Assembly: GCF_009914755.1 (NCBI RefSeq)
Contig: NC_060930.1
DNA: 64,000 nt
From: the human T2T-CHM13v2.0 reference genome, Homo sapiens
Reading direction: 5' to 3' (one strand)
Shown: piece after piece, positions 40,049-64,000 of the stretch
How positions within the stretch are numbered: position 1 is the stretch's first letter
Layout: each line of letters opens with the position of its first letter
Notes under the pieces: generated by a model
Databases searched by the model: none
Told to the model about the DNA's origin: nothing
The model's input: the letters and a program-made list of their open reading frames with translations, nothing else
Position numbers and translations under genes: made by a program

Positions 40049-41927
40049 TAAAGGGAGGGGACCAGGGATGGCCCCTTTGCTGGCCTCTCCCAGGCTTCAG
40101 AGGGGTACATGAAGAGATGGGGTATGGGAGCAGGCTCCCCAGAAGGGTGCTCATTGAGATTTGGGGATGCAGAGGAAAAGCTGGAAAGGTTCTCCAGAGC
40201 TACTGCCCTAAAGCTGTTCTTTCTCCCATGCCTTGGAGAGGGAAGCTGGGCTTTAGCTGGCCTTGGGCCTGATGCCTGCGCCACACGGAGCGGCCAGCTG
40301 GCAGGGGGTGGGCCGGGTGGCCTCCAGCCAGCTCTTTGGGAACACCCCAGCTCTAGCAAGAACCAAGTCTCTTTCCTAAACCAGCCCCTTCCTACCTCTC
40401 CTGAAGGGGCAGCAGGAGGAGCGACACAGCAGCAGACAAAGCATGGCTCCGCCAGGCCCCAGCGGAGCCTGGGCCCATGCATGGCAGCATTAAACGAGAC
40501 TCCCCTGCAAGGGAATCCATTTCCTTCGTAGCCTGAACTCCCCCTCCCGCTCAGCGTGGCCTTTTGCAACCGACTAGCCCCCACACATCATCAATCCTGT
40601 GTCACGTTAAAGGATGCCGGATGTATGGGAGGGCGCCTGGCCTAGCTTCAAAGGCCTGAGGCAGGATGGATTGTGTCCTCAGGCCTGCTGCTGTCTCTTA
40701 AAAAGCCAGAGGGGGTGGGCTCAACCCCCAAATGGTCCATAGCATAGTTAGGGGACATAGGAAGAGGTTAGCATGTCCTGCTCCCCAAGAGCTGCTGGCA
40801 GATGGCTGAGCTAGCAATGTGGGGGGCACAGGTAGAGATGGGCACACAGCCAGGGTGCTGGCATGGTGTTGGTAAAGGTCCAGCTCTGACTTAGCCCCCA
40901 GGGACAGAGAGGCAGGGTACCAGGAAGAAGCCCTGCATTCCCACATCCCACACCCCCTACCCTCCATGCCTGAGTTCTGGTGGGGATCAGCCTAGGAGGT
41001 CTGCTGGGGGCTGAGGTGTTTGCTTTGCGTCAGTCATCTTTGATACCTTACAGAGAGCAATTCTATTAAAAAAGGACAAAAACTGCAATTACTTCCGCAC
41101 CAACCTAATATGTTCCTCATTCCAGTCTGGGAACCACCAGCTGGACAGGAGGAAAGGGCCATTGGTAGGGAGAAGAACCCCCTCAAATCAATTCTACAGA
41201 CCTGGCTCTACTCTCAACAAGGGGATACTAGAGATCTAAGACTATGTGAGTGTGCTGATGCCAGAGAGGAGGGAAGAAGGGAACTTGCAATGGGACAGCT
41301 GCTTGAATGTTAGACAAGAATCTGCTTCCACTCTACAGGGTCCTGCTTAGACTAGAAGGCAGACAAAGTGATTCCAAGGTCTGCAGGCCATCCTCTCCTT
41401 CTCTGTATGAACTCTGGGCCTCCTAGGCTGCCACATGGCGCTGTGTAGGTTGTTAACTACAACTCTGGGGAGCACTATTTGTGACCTAGTCTACATGGAT
41501 GTTGCCCTGAAGTTGTCCAGTGTGCGACCTGCACAGCTGTATTCAGTGGCACTAACCCAGGAGGCCCTCCCATTTCTAAGGCCTTCTGTCCTCTAATAAC
41601 CCCAGCGCTGGAGAGAGCTAGGATACTGAAAATTTGTAGTACTGACATCCCCATAGCCACCCAGTGTGATGTCATAGATGGGGGATTAGCACATTCTAAT
41701 GCCCAATCAGCAGGCCTCTACCCTCCTTGCGCCTTTGCTAAGGGCCCTACAGGGGAGGAAAGAGGCTGAGGTTGGCAAAGAAGGCAACAGAAGAAGCGAA
41801 GACTGCAGCAGGGGTGGACTGATGGGGGTGGATGCTTAAGCTGGCAGGGAATGGAACAGACAGCCAAGGTGCACCCTAGTTTTCCTGAGCGCAGAACGCT
41901 CAGGTTGTTCACACCCAGGCTTGCTTA

Positions 41928-42344
<417 letters not shown>

Positions 42345-44843
42345 CTAGTGGAAACCGAAAATAGGGGATGAGGGTCAGCTGGGCTTGCTTTTGATGCCGG
42401 GAAGCTAGGGCTTCATGGTCTACAGGGGAGGCTGATATCTCCTGGGAACCTAGCTGAGATCACTTCCTCCACACAGAGCTTTGCACATGGGTCTGCTACC
42501 TTCACCCAACAAAGGTTAATCCCAACTTAGTAAGATTTTCTGTACCCCATTATCAACCCCAAGAGCTCCCAGCTTCTCTATGAGATTTTTTTTTTTTTTG
42601 AGGCAAGGGCTCACTCTGTTGCCCAGGCTGGAGTGCAGTGGCGCAATCTCGGGTCACTGCAATCTCTGCCTCCCAATCTCTTGCTCAAGTGATCCTCCCA
42701 CCTCAGCCTCCTGAGTAGCTGGGACTATAGGTGCGTGCCACCATGCCTGGCTAATTTTTGTAGAGATAGGGTCTCGCTATGTTGCCCAGGTTGGTCTTGA
42801 ACTCCTGGGCTCAAGCAATCTGCCTGCCTCGGCCTCCCAGAGTTCTGGGATTGCAGGTGTGCGCCCCTACACCCAGCCTCCTGAGATCATCTTCTGATAG
42901 ACTAGGTTAGAGAACAGAAACTCTTCAAGAAGGGTCACCAATCTTTTATGTACCTGAAGCATCTTTCTTGGACAAAATGTCTGCTCAGATAGGGTTAGGA
43001 GACATGCCATATGTTTCCACACAAGAGGAAAAACCTGTAACATTTTAGACCTCAAAGTCTATATACCACAAGCCAGAGTATATGCAAACAGCCCCTCCAC
43101 CTCCTGCCATTCCCTCTGAAGTGCGAGGAAGGCATAAAAGCCAAGGAGGAAGGAACCAGGGTTGTGAAGTTTAATCTCACATGATCTAGGCCCCCTGTGA
43201 CCAGATCTGAGTGGATTCTTGGGCCTCCTTCGGACCATCACATGCCCACCAGGCTGCCTGGGACAGGTCAAAGGAATAGATAAGCAGAGCCAGAATCAAG
43301 ACAAGGGACCACCTCCCTGCCAGGTCTAAAATGTTACCATTCCCAGACTGCTTGAGCCCAGGAGTTCGAGACCAGCCTGAGCAACACAGCAAGACCCCGC
43401 TGTCATAGAATGGCTTAAGGGGTTAAAGAAAACTCACCATTCCCCTCCCTGCAAGGGCCTGGCATGCCAATCTTAGCAGTCAAGTTCCACAAACCAACTT
43501 GCTGCCCTGGCAGGCGCCTTGCTGCATAACTGCAGATTTGTTTTAATCACTGGACAGTTCCTGAGGGACCCAGGCCTTCAATTCCCACCCCTGTACTTTT
43601 CAGAATCTGATGAAAAGAACTTGGATTGGATTAATCCAGGGCTAATCAACTGGGCTGGAGGCCCCAGCCCTCCACCCTAGGCTGCCAAGCAAGCTAACAG
43701 CTTTGTGCAGCTCAGGATAATGGTGCTCTGAGTGGAAAGGGGTAAGAGGAAAAACAACTTTAGCCTTTACCTCAGCCGGGATTAGATTTCCTCTGCTGGA
43801 GAGAGCCAAGTATGTTTCCTGGAAAAGGCTGGTAGGAAGAGTGCCCTACAGTGGTTGGGCGGGTGTGGGGTTTGCTTTTCTATCAGCAGCTGAGGTTCCA
43901 AGGATGCCCACAACCCCACTAACTTCCGCATGGTGAGCGGCTGGGAACACTGCCCCTTGCCTGTGTGCTTGCTTCCTGTTACTCCAGGCGGCCATCAGGA
44001 GAAGGGCCCCAGGACAGAAAGAACCCCCCCAACCCTCAGGGTGGCCTCAAGCCAAGGCTTCCAGCCCACGAGATTAGTTGGGTCACTCTGTTCAGATCCC
44101 ATGGGCATGTGGCTTCTCCTGCTCTTATCACCTGACCAGGATCTCTGCCTTTAGTCATCCTATTCCACAAAGGGGCACAGGGACAACCTGCAGGTCAAAC
44201 TGGCCCAGAGCCTGAATCACCTGAAACCCAAAAATAGGGTGTTTCATGTCACCTGTGAGAGCTCTGAAGAACAAGTAAGGATTTCTCCAGGGCTGTGTCC
44301 TTAGTCCCACGCCCTCCCCATCTCTGGGGAGGAGGTAGTGTAGTCATTAGGAGCATGGGATCTGCCTGGGCTTTCGTCCCTGGAGTTTGTATCCCAGCTC
44401 TGATACTGGCTGGGGGATCTGAGGCAAGTTCACAAACGTCTCCATGTCTCAAATTTCCTCATCTATAAAATGAGGATGAAACTAGTACCTACTTCATAGG
44501 GTTACTGTGAAAACTAAGTGAATTAAAACAGGTAAGTACTCAGTGCCCGACAGAGTATGCACTCAATGTTAGCTGTTGTTATTATTCACTACTGTCTTTT
44601 TTCCCTGGAAACGACTGCACTAGAAGAGCTTGAGCAATCAGGTATCTTTATAGCTCCAATACAGAACGACAAGGTAATGTGTTCCCAGATCACAGTGAGA
44701 ACCAAGAGCCTGTTCAAATACACCCTCATCATAAAAGAGGAAAGCCAAACCCAGATCATGATTCCATCCCACAAGAGTACAACCCCGGCGAGCTGAGTTA
44801 AGGGCCCTAGTGGTCTGAGGCACAACCAGACCACAAACTCAAT

Positions 44844-45111
44844 CAGTGGCTCTCAACCCTGGTTGCACATTAGAACCACGGGAGAGCATTGAAAAAATGC
44901 TCAGGCCCCACCCCCCGAGGCTGATTCCACACTGTGACCTCAGTCTCCTAGGCTACCGAAGATGGTGATGGGTCTTCTTCAGAGGGAGAGCTGCGGTGAA
45001 TGAGACCACATCTATGAAGTGGCTTGGGAGGACCTGGTGGAGCCCATGCATCATTATTTTTTAAAAGCTCCCCAGGTGATTCTAATGTGCAGCCAGGGTT
45101 GAGAACAACTG
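44844..45111. mobile_element. MER5A-type hAT-Charlie MITE with extra internal sequence
   Basis: Inverted termini 44844-44879 and 45076-45111 match at 32/36 positions; motif aaaagctccccaggtgattctaatgtgcagccagggttgagaac. Confidence 0.75.
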
Positions 45112-45185
45112 GACAAAATGCTCCCATCTCTGGTGGTTCCATGAAATGCAGCAGTAGCTACAGCGGGGACATGCTGCTCCAGTTA

Positions 45186-45353
<168 letters not shown>

Positions 45354-45864
45354 CTAGGAGACAGAGAAAGTGAGCCAGTGTGAGAGACAGGGCCTGCGTG
45401 GAGCCACATTATCTTTGCACAAACCCCAAAATGATGGGAATGCTGGTGAAAGTTTACCTTGGGGGTTCTTGTGGGAGTAGCTAAGAGGTTTCTCTGCCTG
45501 AACTGTGGTGTTTATTCTGTAGTTGCCGTATGCTAGGCCTTGAGATAGCTACAGGGATGTGGTTTGGTGGCCTACAGGGGTAATGGAAACCATCTGAACT
45601 TAATACCAGTGTCAAGAGGGAGAGAGGGGTTTGCTCTATCAATTGAATGCTACCTTTCCGTCCTCAAAAGAAAAAAACAAAGGCACCAGAACACTATACT
45701 TTTTCCCCTCCTTGGCTTTTGGGGGAAAGTAATACATGCACATGGTAAAAAGTTTTAAGTGGCACAGGGATATAGAGTCCAAAGAAAGCCTCCCTCCCAT
45801 CCCACATGTCCTCCTAGCGGGAAACTGCAGTTCCCAGCTTTATCTTACAGAGCTAAGGCTATGC

Positions 45865-46069
45865 CAATGGGTCTCAACCAGAGGTGATTTTGCTCCCCAG
45901 GGGACATCTGGCAATGTCTGGAGACATTTTTAATTGTCACGACTGGGGGAGGGAGTGCTACTGCATCTAGCAGGGATGTTCTAACCATCCTCCACTGCAC
46001 AGGACAGCCCTCACAACAAAGAATTACTCAGCCCCAAATGCCAGGAATAGCAAGGCTGAAAAAACCCGG
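45865..46069 (+). mobile_element. MER20 DNA transposon
   Basis: ggtgattttgctccccaggggacatctggcaatgtctggagacattttt...cacaacaaagaattactcagccccaaatg matches the MER20 pattern. Confidence 0.8.
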
Positions 46070-47822
46070 GCTGTGCCATATAAGCAGATATGCGTGCACT
46101 CGTTCTCTCTTTACAAAAGAAAGAAAAAACTAACACGATACAGATGGGAGGATACATTTCTCTGTCATGCTCCTTGCTTTTATCATTTTGGATGCCACCT
46201 TTTAAACCCTGCTGAGGCCAAGTGCGAAATGACCTCCCTATCGCTGCCGTATCCTGTGATACAGCCTTGGAATTACTAAGCGCAATAAACCAACGACCTG
46301 GGAATTAGCTCCAATTGCAAGAGGGGAGTTTAGAAAGCCTGGCTGACTGAGGCTGTGGGTTATGAGAGTGAGGCTGGGACGGGTCTGAGAGGCTTTGGGA
46401 GGGAAGCAACACTGTCTCCTGGGGGAGAAGTGGCACAGGGGAAAGGGGCTGGAAGTACTACTTGGCTGTGCAGGGCACTGCTACCCTCCTTCTGCCATGG
46501 CAATCACAACTATACCAGAAACTGAGATGTTAGAGAAAATTCGCAAGTACACGGTAGGCCTTGGGAGGCAGGTTGCAGTGGGTTGGGGGTTGGGGGTGGG
46601 GAGAGCTAACATTTATTGACTCCCCATTATATGTGTGGCTCAGTGCTAAGAATGGTTCACATATATTAGTTCACTTAACCTCCAGAATCTAGTGAGGTAG
46701 GTGTCTGATCTTATTTCATAGGGGAGAGAATAATATCCAGTCAGCCATGGCCATGCCGCTAAAGGCATGGATGGGCTCTTCCCTCCCCTGAGGGCTCTCA
46801 TAGGCCACAATGCCTCCACATCTATTCTACAAACAGCAGACTCATGCCCCACATGAAAAACACTCTTTATACTCAAAAGTCAGATGTATTTCTCTCCTCC
46901 AGCATGGAGTTGATAGAGTGAATGCTTGTTTTGGCTTTGAATCAAGGAGCCTAAAAGGTACCCTAAGGGGATTGGGGGGGGGGTCCCCTAAAAAGAACTG
47001 TTTTGAGGCTAAGTAGTGGAAAGGCAGAGGGAGCATTCTAGGGGGAGACCCAATGGACTTGTCCTGGGAATAAGACTGCCTTGGGGAGGATTGAGCTTGG
47101 CTGGCTACCTAAAGGGTTAAATATCTGGTTGACATGGAAGTTACAGAGGCCTCTGGGAGCTCTGTGCAGTGACTGAGGATTTCTTGGAGGCATAGAAGGC
47201 CATGTGAAAACAGCGTTGTTGTCTTTTAAGGATTATAGGATAATCTAGGCCCCATGACTCCCCAAGGAAGGGAGGTGGGATGGGCCCAGGGAGGGAAACG
47301 GGGGAGTGGGTAGATGAAGTATTGTTCCAACTTTCTTACCAACAGACAAACCAGGGCGCCAGCTAGTGAGGCCAGGGCCGGGAGAATGTCACTTTTTAAA
47401 TGCATCATTTAAGGAGCAGTTTAGCCATTCTAGGCAGAAAAGAAAGGAACTGAGGTCCAGGCTCTTGGCTCTGGGTCAACTTACTCTGGCTCTCTAGGCG
47501 TGCAACAATGCCTTAGTTTCCCCTTTGGGAAAATGATTCAACACCCGCCAAAGAGCTTATCAGCAAAGGCCTCTGAGACCTTGCTACACAAAAGGCCACT
47601 TTCATCAAATAGCAGATACCTCAGCCCAGGCACAGCAACTGTTCCTGATTAACCACACTATAGCACACAGCTTGAAAAATAGTAGGCTGTGGGATTTATG
47701 GTCATTGAGGGAGCTGATCCTGGAGCTGGGCGTCCAGTTTGGGCCCCTCCCTCCCTCAGAGGAGCGGCCAGGCAGCTCCAAGCGTTAAAGAGGTTATACG
47801 TGGCCAACTCAACGATACTTAC

Positions 47823-47854
47823 TATAGTTGTCTTCCCTTCTTGGGTCTCCACCA
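47823..47854 (-). CDS. MRPS18A: MRPS18A coding exon 2 (32-nt small exon)
   Basis: tctccgtag|TG; (V)VETQEGKTTI; donor ATA|GTAAGT; needed to keep the frame (112+32=144). Confidence 0.93.
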
Positions 47855-48834
47855 CTACGGAGATAAAGGGGGAAACATTAGGTCAGCCATTTAATAAGGA
47901 ACAGAGAGTTTCAAATAACAGCTCAAATTCTACACATCTGGAAAAAAGCAGCCTTCCATCTGTACTCTCTCATGGTCTCCACCTGGAACAGAAAGCATGC
48001 AGGGTTCACCCCACTAGTGCCAAGGCTCTATGCCCTTGAGGCGGGGTGGGGGCAAGCCCAGGATACCCAGGTAGCATCACCTCTCTGGTATGGGATTAAG
48101 GAGTTCCGCACTGTTTTTGCCTTTCTATGCAAAGATTTATCTTGGTTCTATCCAAAGGAATTGGTCAGATCCTGTCCTACGGTGGCTAGCAATAAAAGAG
48201 GGTGGGGTAGTGGTATCTAAAAGACCTTCAAAAGTACGCAGGCGGTGTGTGTTCCTGCACAAAGAGAATCAGATAAGAATGGTTTCTGCTCTGAAGAGTT
48301 TACAATGTAAGATATAGCACTGAACTAACACTATTCCAGTGGCACCCCAGTGAATGAGCAAAAAGACAAGTTCACTCCTAGAACACATCCTGGGAGTCTT
48401 GAGTGAAATCCTCTTCTCCCTGCAGGGTTGCATTTTATTATCTATACTGGAGAGTGTTGATGGATGCGGTAGGAATAAGGAGCATGAAGATACTGGGTCC
48501 AAGAAGAATTTCAAGTATTGCCATTCCAAACAGAGAGGGACACCCTCAGTGCTTTGCCTATTTAGGTGAGGCAGTCAGAAGAGAATCTGAAGGCAAGACA
48601 ATCAGTTGCACACGTCTGTCAGGCTGAATACATTTCCTATCTTACCTAACCAAGATGCAGAATGAGCCAATAGCCCACATTCAGCTAATATAATCAAATA
48701 GTTCTTGGAGATACTCCCGTGTTGACACAGTTTCTTTAGAAAGACAGAAGCCAGACTGGGTACAGTGGCTCACGCCTGTAATCCCAGCACTTTGGGAGGC
48801 TGAGGCGGGAAGAAATACTTGAGCTCAGGAGTTA

Positions 48835-49125
<291 letters not shown>

Positions 49126-52096
49126 TCACTGAGCTCTGTGACCAACACCTAATTGGACACAGACTGCTTGGAATTGTCCCTCATTTGTCTTCTGGGCAAC
49201 CCATTCATAAAGACTCACTGCTCCAAAACAACCAACCTGAGAGCCTCTCAGTGTCCAACTCCAGACATACAAAGGAATAACAATGGCTAGAAAAGCCCTG
49301 AGGCTTTCTCCAGAGAACACTGTAGTTACTAATCAATTCAAAGACAACCTAGGTTTTTCCATGTAAAAGAAAATGGGTCACCCCACACACGGATCTACTT
49401 GTACAGAACACAGACCAACCCAAGAATGGGATTTGGGTGAGACTCAATGTGGTCCTCAGTCTGGAAGCCAGCACAGCTGCAGAGGGAAGGTCACTGCAAT
49501 ACGTCAATCTGCAGAATCAACCTACAAACGGAGGATGGGGAGAAATGAAGGGAGGTAGGAGGAGGGCACATCCCCAGTCCAGTAGGGGTTCCAGGCACCC
49601 TGCAACTTTGCTAATTTGCAAAAACCAAGTTGAGAGACAACCTAATCTGAGCAACAAGTAGTGGGGAAAGTTTCTAAGAATCCCCAAAGGAACCAAAGGA
49701 GAGACACGTTCTGGTACCACTGGAGTCGGCAGAAGAACAATGCCTTGAAACACAAGTGGATAAACATGTGGTTCCCTGCTTGGTGGAGGCACTTGGGTCC
49801 TAACCATGAGGTAAACAAGTCTAACAAAACACACATCACTCCCGGCAAAGTACCAAATCCTGAAGTCATCCCACTGGCCCCTGGAAAACAGATCAAAGCC
49901 CATGGCAAGCTCCACTGTTCACAAACTCCCCCTCCACGCAGCAACTGTGAGCCAGCGAATCATCTTACCAGAAGCCAGTGGGTAAAACAATAGGCAGATG
50001 CTTATCTAACAGAGACAATTTGTCAAACCAGAAGGAATGACCTGAGAACTCACATTGAACTGACACTGATCAGGGTGGTGTCTTAGTGCAGGGGGAGAAG
50101 GCCCTGTTGGAACCTGGTCCTTGAGGCCCTTAGTAGATTTTAAGCCCCTCGAAAGAGGAGATAGGAATCAAAATAGTATTGATTTACAGGGTGCATACAA
50201 AAACGTGTCAAAACCAAACAAAACCTGATCCATTTTGTTCCTGGCTGCCTCCCTATTCAAGAGAAGTGGGGGTGGCTAAGAAAAGCTGGACTGAGAGATT
50301 TAGGCAGTAACAGAAAACTTGTTTAGAAAAAGATGGAATCACCCTTGTGTTCTGAGATATGGCAGTATCAAGTAAGCTAAGGGAAGAGATGAAGCAGTTT
50401 TCTAAACTGGAACTAAGGGCCAAAATCTTTCCAGATAAGCACTTCTCATACACATGAAATAATCTGTCCCCAGTGAGGCAACACATTTGCTGGGCACTTA
50501 TGGACTATACAGCTTCATTCTACCTACTGTGAATTACAGTAGAATAGGAGCCACAGTCTTTGCCCTAGAGGAGGAAAAGAACTAAACTCTGCATGGGAAC
50601 TTGACTATAATAAAGTCCATGCCTCGTAAAGAGGTCCTTTGAGTACTTCAGTAAATACTTGCCCAGGATGGAGTCCAAGATAACTGAATTATAACAGTGT
50701 GGAACAAATGACATTGTGGTGAGATTGCAGTGAATGCAAAAGGAGGAGATGGGGTGACACCTATAGTCTCAGCTACTCAGGAGGATCACCTGAGCTAAGG
50801 AGTTAGAGGCCAGCCTGGGCAACACAGCAAGACCTTGTCTCTTAAACAACAACAACAACAACAAACACAGAAAATGCAAAAAACCTTGATGGCCACATGA
50901 ACAGACACAGTGAACTGCAGCCATGTAAAGACTCAACTGCTTAATAAAAGAGGAAGTGAAAAAAGATGAGGAGTGCAGGGCACTGCTGAAGTGCCCAGAG
51001 ACCAAGGTCCCTCTTGGAGAGGATCTGTAAAAACCAGGGCCCAAGCAGAGTAGGAAAGACTGGAGTAACTGATGGCTGGGCAGTGGCCCTAATAGTCTTA
51101 TGTAGGGTCAGGGAGAGGTGTGCCATGTTTGGGATGTGTGCTTGCATTTCTGGCCACTGACAACTTTTTGCAAACACCTTCCTGCCTCAAGCCCTGCTTC
51201 CTCCAGTTCATCTTTAACTCTACCATTAAAGTTTCTGGTTCCCTCATCACCTCCCCCTTTCTTTCCCTTGGACCCCTGAGGGAATGTCCCTCTGCCCTAT
51301 GCTTCAGAATGAGTCGTCTTACTGCTGCACAAAAATTTCTTCCCACTAGCAGGTTACTCTGGACTATGTCCCCTGAATTCTTTAAAGACTCCAACTCACT
51401 CCTCTCTCAAAGCTTTTATATGGGACTGCCCAACCTGCCAGGCATACCCTTGTCTGAAACGTTAGGTCTTCCAGAAGGCCTTCTTAACTGACTGTGAAAG
51501 AGATGAAGCAAATTCCCTTTGGCCTTTACTCACTTCAATATACCTTTCTCTAAGTGTCTGACAAATCATGTCTTAATTTATATAATAATATGTTTGTTTT
51601 TTTATTTTAAATACATTTCCTTCACAAGGGCTCTAAGAGGGATAAGGGAGGAATGAGATCCAACACAGTCTTTGCTAAATCTGGCAGTGCCAACCATAAA
51701 GGCACTAAATGGTCTTTGGCAAGTTAACTGCTAAGAGCTTTCAGGGAAGGAGGGAACAATAAGGGAAGCCCTGCCATGGAATACCAAGGTGATGTTACTG
51801 GTGGAGAGGGAAGAGGGCTGGCTCTACTTCCAACTCCATCACTTATTAGACAGGTGATGCTGGGCAAGCTATTAAACCCCTTGGAACGGCATTTCCTCAT
51901 TTATAAAAATGAGGACAGTTAATATCCACCTTTAAGGTGTTTTTGAGAAGACTGAATAAATGTATGTGGAAAACCTAGCACAGTATTTGAAGCAGGCACA
52001 GTAAGTCACAATTTCTATTTTCGTCCTCCTTCAGTCTTGCTTTTCCCATAATAACCTTTTTTTGGCTTTGTGTATCTCTCTGGTCAAACTTTAAAC

Positions 52097-52300
52097 CAGG
52101 CTTTCTCAACAGCAGCAGGACTGCCATTTTGGGCCAGATGGTTCTTTGTTGTGGGGAACTGACTTGTGCATTATGTTTAGCAGCGTCCCTCGCCTCTACC
52201 CCCCAGATGCCAGTAGTACCAGTTGTGACAACCAAAAATGTCTGCAGACATGGCCAATTGTTACTGGGGGACAAAATTGCCCCCCAGTTGAAAATCACTG
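52097..52300 (-). mobile_element. MER20 DNA transposon (opposite orientation)
   Basis: cattttgggccagatggttctttgttgtgggg...agttgtgacaaccaaaaatgtctgcagacatggcc...gttgaaaatcactg. Confidence 0.8.
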
Positions 52301-54375
52301 TTTTAGACTGAAAGTCTTCATAGACAGGAAAATTGGTGCTCAGTCCTCAAGAGCTGACTAAAATTATGTATTATTATCTGATACTTTGAAAAGTAGGATG
52401 CTTGAATATTTTCAGCAAGAGAACCAGCTTCTTTCCCACAACTTTAAATTCTATGTGTACAATATTGTTTGGGTGTCACATATACCAGCTGAGACTAGTC
52501 AAAATTAGCTATATGTATAATACTTTATGCCTTACACATAATGCATAGACTAGCAAAAGGAAATGTTTTCATTTACAAGCTTTGAAGATAGGTGATTCTT
52601 AAGAATATAGAATATGGTAGTGCCTTCATGTAGAATCATATTAATTCAACCTAACATTTAGATGAAGGACTTCAGAGACCCATTTGATTTACAGTCCATC
52701 CTTTTTTACTTTTTTTAAAGAGGTGGGCGTTCTCACTACGTTGCCCAGGTTAGACTCCAATTTCTGGGCTCAAGTGATCCTCCCACCTTGGCCTTCCAAA
52801 GTGCTGGGATTAAAGATATGTACCACTGTACCTGGCTTACAGTCCATCATTTCACAAACTCTCCAAAGGAAAAAATTAAGTCTAACTTCAAATATTTGTT
52901 GTTAAAACAAAACGATTCCTCTTGCCTTTTTTTCTGGAAGCATAGCAAAATCTGCCTCAACTTTGAATTTCATAAGAATATGCAAATTGTAGCCAATAGT
53001 GTTTGACACTTGGTAGACTCCCCAAAATGGTATGGAGATATGCCTATTTTGCAGCATGGGAACAAATGAAACATCCAAGTCCTCTCTATCATCTGCATGA
53101 TTTCTTTAGTGTCTTTATTAATGGGTCTACTAATGGATAAGTTAATCAGGCAATATCCAGACTTTTTTTTCTAGCAAATGCTCCACTTCCCTTACGGGCT
53201 AAATTCTTCAAACATACCTACTATTTCCATCTCTTCATCAACTATCTCTTTCATTTCTCCAAACTGGATTCCTTGTTTGCCACTCTATTGAAATTGCTGT
53301 TTGAAAGCTACAAAGAGACCTCTTCTGAGACAAATCCAATGGCCCCTTCATTAGGCCCTTTTTAGACTTTTCTGCTCCCTCTGACAACAATGATCACTCT
53401 TTTCCACTGGATACTTCTCAGCTTTCGTTAAAGGATATGCTGCCCAATACTATGCCAGATCCTCAAAAAACCCCACATCTCTTCTTTTGCACATCACTCA
53501 TCCTTTCCTGCTTCCAGGAGTACACAAAGGAAGGCTATGTCCTAAAAGACCGTTTCACTCTCCGCCAGATTCCATCCTTTTGTGAGCCTGCTCAAGACAC
53601 ATCCTCTTTATGAAAACTTCCAACTGGGTTTGCTGTTTCCAGTAACTGAGTCTCCCTGTACTTCGTCACGTAAAAGGCTAACTTGCATTTATTGGAGTGT
53701 GTATATACATAATCTCATTAGAACCTAAGCTTTTCAGAAAAAGGGCTGTATTTTCTGTCTCCAGAATTCCTTCACAGCTTGAAGCATAGCACTTGGCATT
53801 CAGTAAACTCTCAGTTGATGCTCGAATCAGGCCGCTTTCCCAGATTAAGATTAATGAAAAGCTGAACTACCATCCTGCATTTGCCTATGTCTCAGCTATT
53901 CAATGGCCTTTCCACTTTGGCCTCCCCCTCACAGGGAGACTAGCGGCCCGGGGCAGAGAACGCCGCCATCAGATCACAGCATTTTGAGAAGGGAAAGTGG
54001 AAAGGGAGGCTCTGGGAGGGTACCCAGATGGCCTTCCTTCGTGATCCAGAGACTCTTTAATAAAAGAGACTGCGATTCGGAGAACATGGAAGGAAGAATT
54101 AACATGCAAACCCTTTCCGAAAACTTTTCTGAGCCCTAGGACAGGTTTAGTGTCTGCTCCTGCTAAGTAAGCAGGCTTTTCTCTCCGTCCTCCTCCGCCT
54201 TGTGAAGATACTCACAAGGGGCAGGAGATCAAGATAAGGCACCAGGGTGTGGAAGGGGCTTTTAAGCACGCCTGGGGAGCCGGTACCTCCAAAGTTTCAG
54301 AATCGGACGAAGGAAAGGTAGGAAGGAGCGCACCGGGGCTGGCGGAAGCAGTCTCTGCCGCTCTTCTTAATTTCA

Positions 54376-54630
<255 letters not shown>

Positions 54631-55374
54631 TCATTTCTCTCACCTGTCCGCTTTGGGATACGAAGAGAGGCTTCTGCGTCAAGCCTATATTTCGTGTTAA
54701 GGATCTAGGGGAGGTCTTCTAGCTCCTGTCTGCCAATGCCTACAAGTCTTCAAGGTTGCATTCGTTTCCTGGAAGGCTTCCTTAGGAAAATCGCACGCAA
54801 CACCCCACCTATGTCTTTAAAGCTTTCTGTTCACTGCACGTGAGCTGTGGACTTTTAGCTTCTGTGACTGGGGCTAGACCTCTACGGGAGAGGCTGAAAT
54901 GGTTAGGAACTCTGGCTCTGGAGTATCGGATATCAGGCAGACCTGGGATAGAATTGATACCCCCTTCTTCCCTGACCACTGCCACACTGATCTTTGATTT
55001 GCATATACTTAGACCTCTCTCTAGCCCCAGGGCCTTGATACAAGCTATTTCCTTTGTCTGCTCTTTAGCTGTCTAGTTAGCTTCTGCTTATTTCTTAGAG
55101 CTCACCTCAAACCTTATTTCCACAGTTTTGCTTGACTGCCCATTCTCAGCACCAGATGCCTCTCCATCTTAGTGCTTGGGACAATTTCAGTTTTATGTTT
55201 GTTTTGTATGTGTCTTCTCACCAGACTGTAAGCTCCATGAAGTCAGGAACATTGTTTTCTGTTGACTCGCACATCTCCAGCACTTAGAATAGTTCCTGAC
55301 ACATAATAAGAGTACAATATATACTTGTTGAATGAATGAGTAGAATCTATTTTATAGGGCCTAGGGGAGGACTA

Positions 55375-64000
<8,626 letters not shown>

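Noticed and set aside
43335-43444. Short Alu-like fragment between ACCATTCCC direct repeats
   Set aside because: Best explained as an old 5'-truncated Alu/FLAM monomer with a decayed tail and TSD.

Overview
Human genomic DNA, very Alu-rich. From the encoded proteins I recognise it as the MAD2L1BP-RSPH9-MRPS18A locus (6p21.1, from prior knowledge). Three spliced genes were rebuilt exon by exon, all with GT-AG junctions and intact frames: MAD2L1BP/p31comet (+, 3 coding exons, 2609-7266, 274 aa), RSPH9 (+, 5 coding exons, 11832-37676, 276 aa) and MRPS18A/mL66 (-, 6 coding exons, 54513-38489, 196 aa). RSPH9 and MRPS18A converge with stops about 0.8 kb apart and probably have overlapping 3' ends. 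The rest is intron or intergenic sequence with dozens of Alus, L2/MIR/L1 relics, a solo LTR2 (HERV-E-type) with a 4-bp TSD, a near full-length Tigger1 broken up by Alus, MER20/MER5A elements and a tailless 5S rRNA retropseudogene. Nearly all other ORFs in the track are Alu or chance ORFs. I found no convincing new protein-coding system. The best leads are regulatory or splicing-level: a stop-free in-frame MRPS18A intron, a frame-switching RSPH9 cassette exon, an RSPH9 uORF beside RFX boxes, the RSPH9/MRPS18A antisense overlap, and an inverted HRE pair with 8-nt spacing in an Alu-free part of RSPH9 intron 4. Repeat family names come from recalled consensus sequences, and repeat boundaries are approximate.
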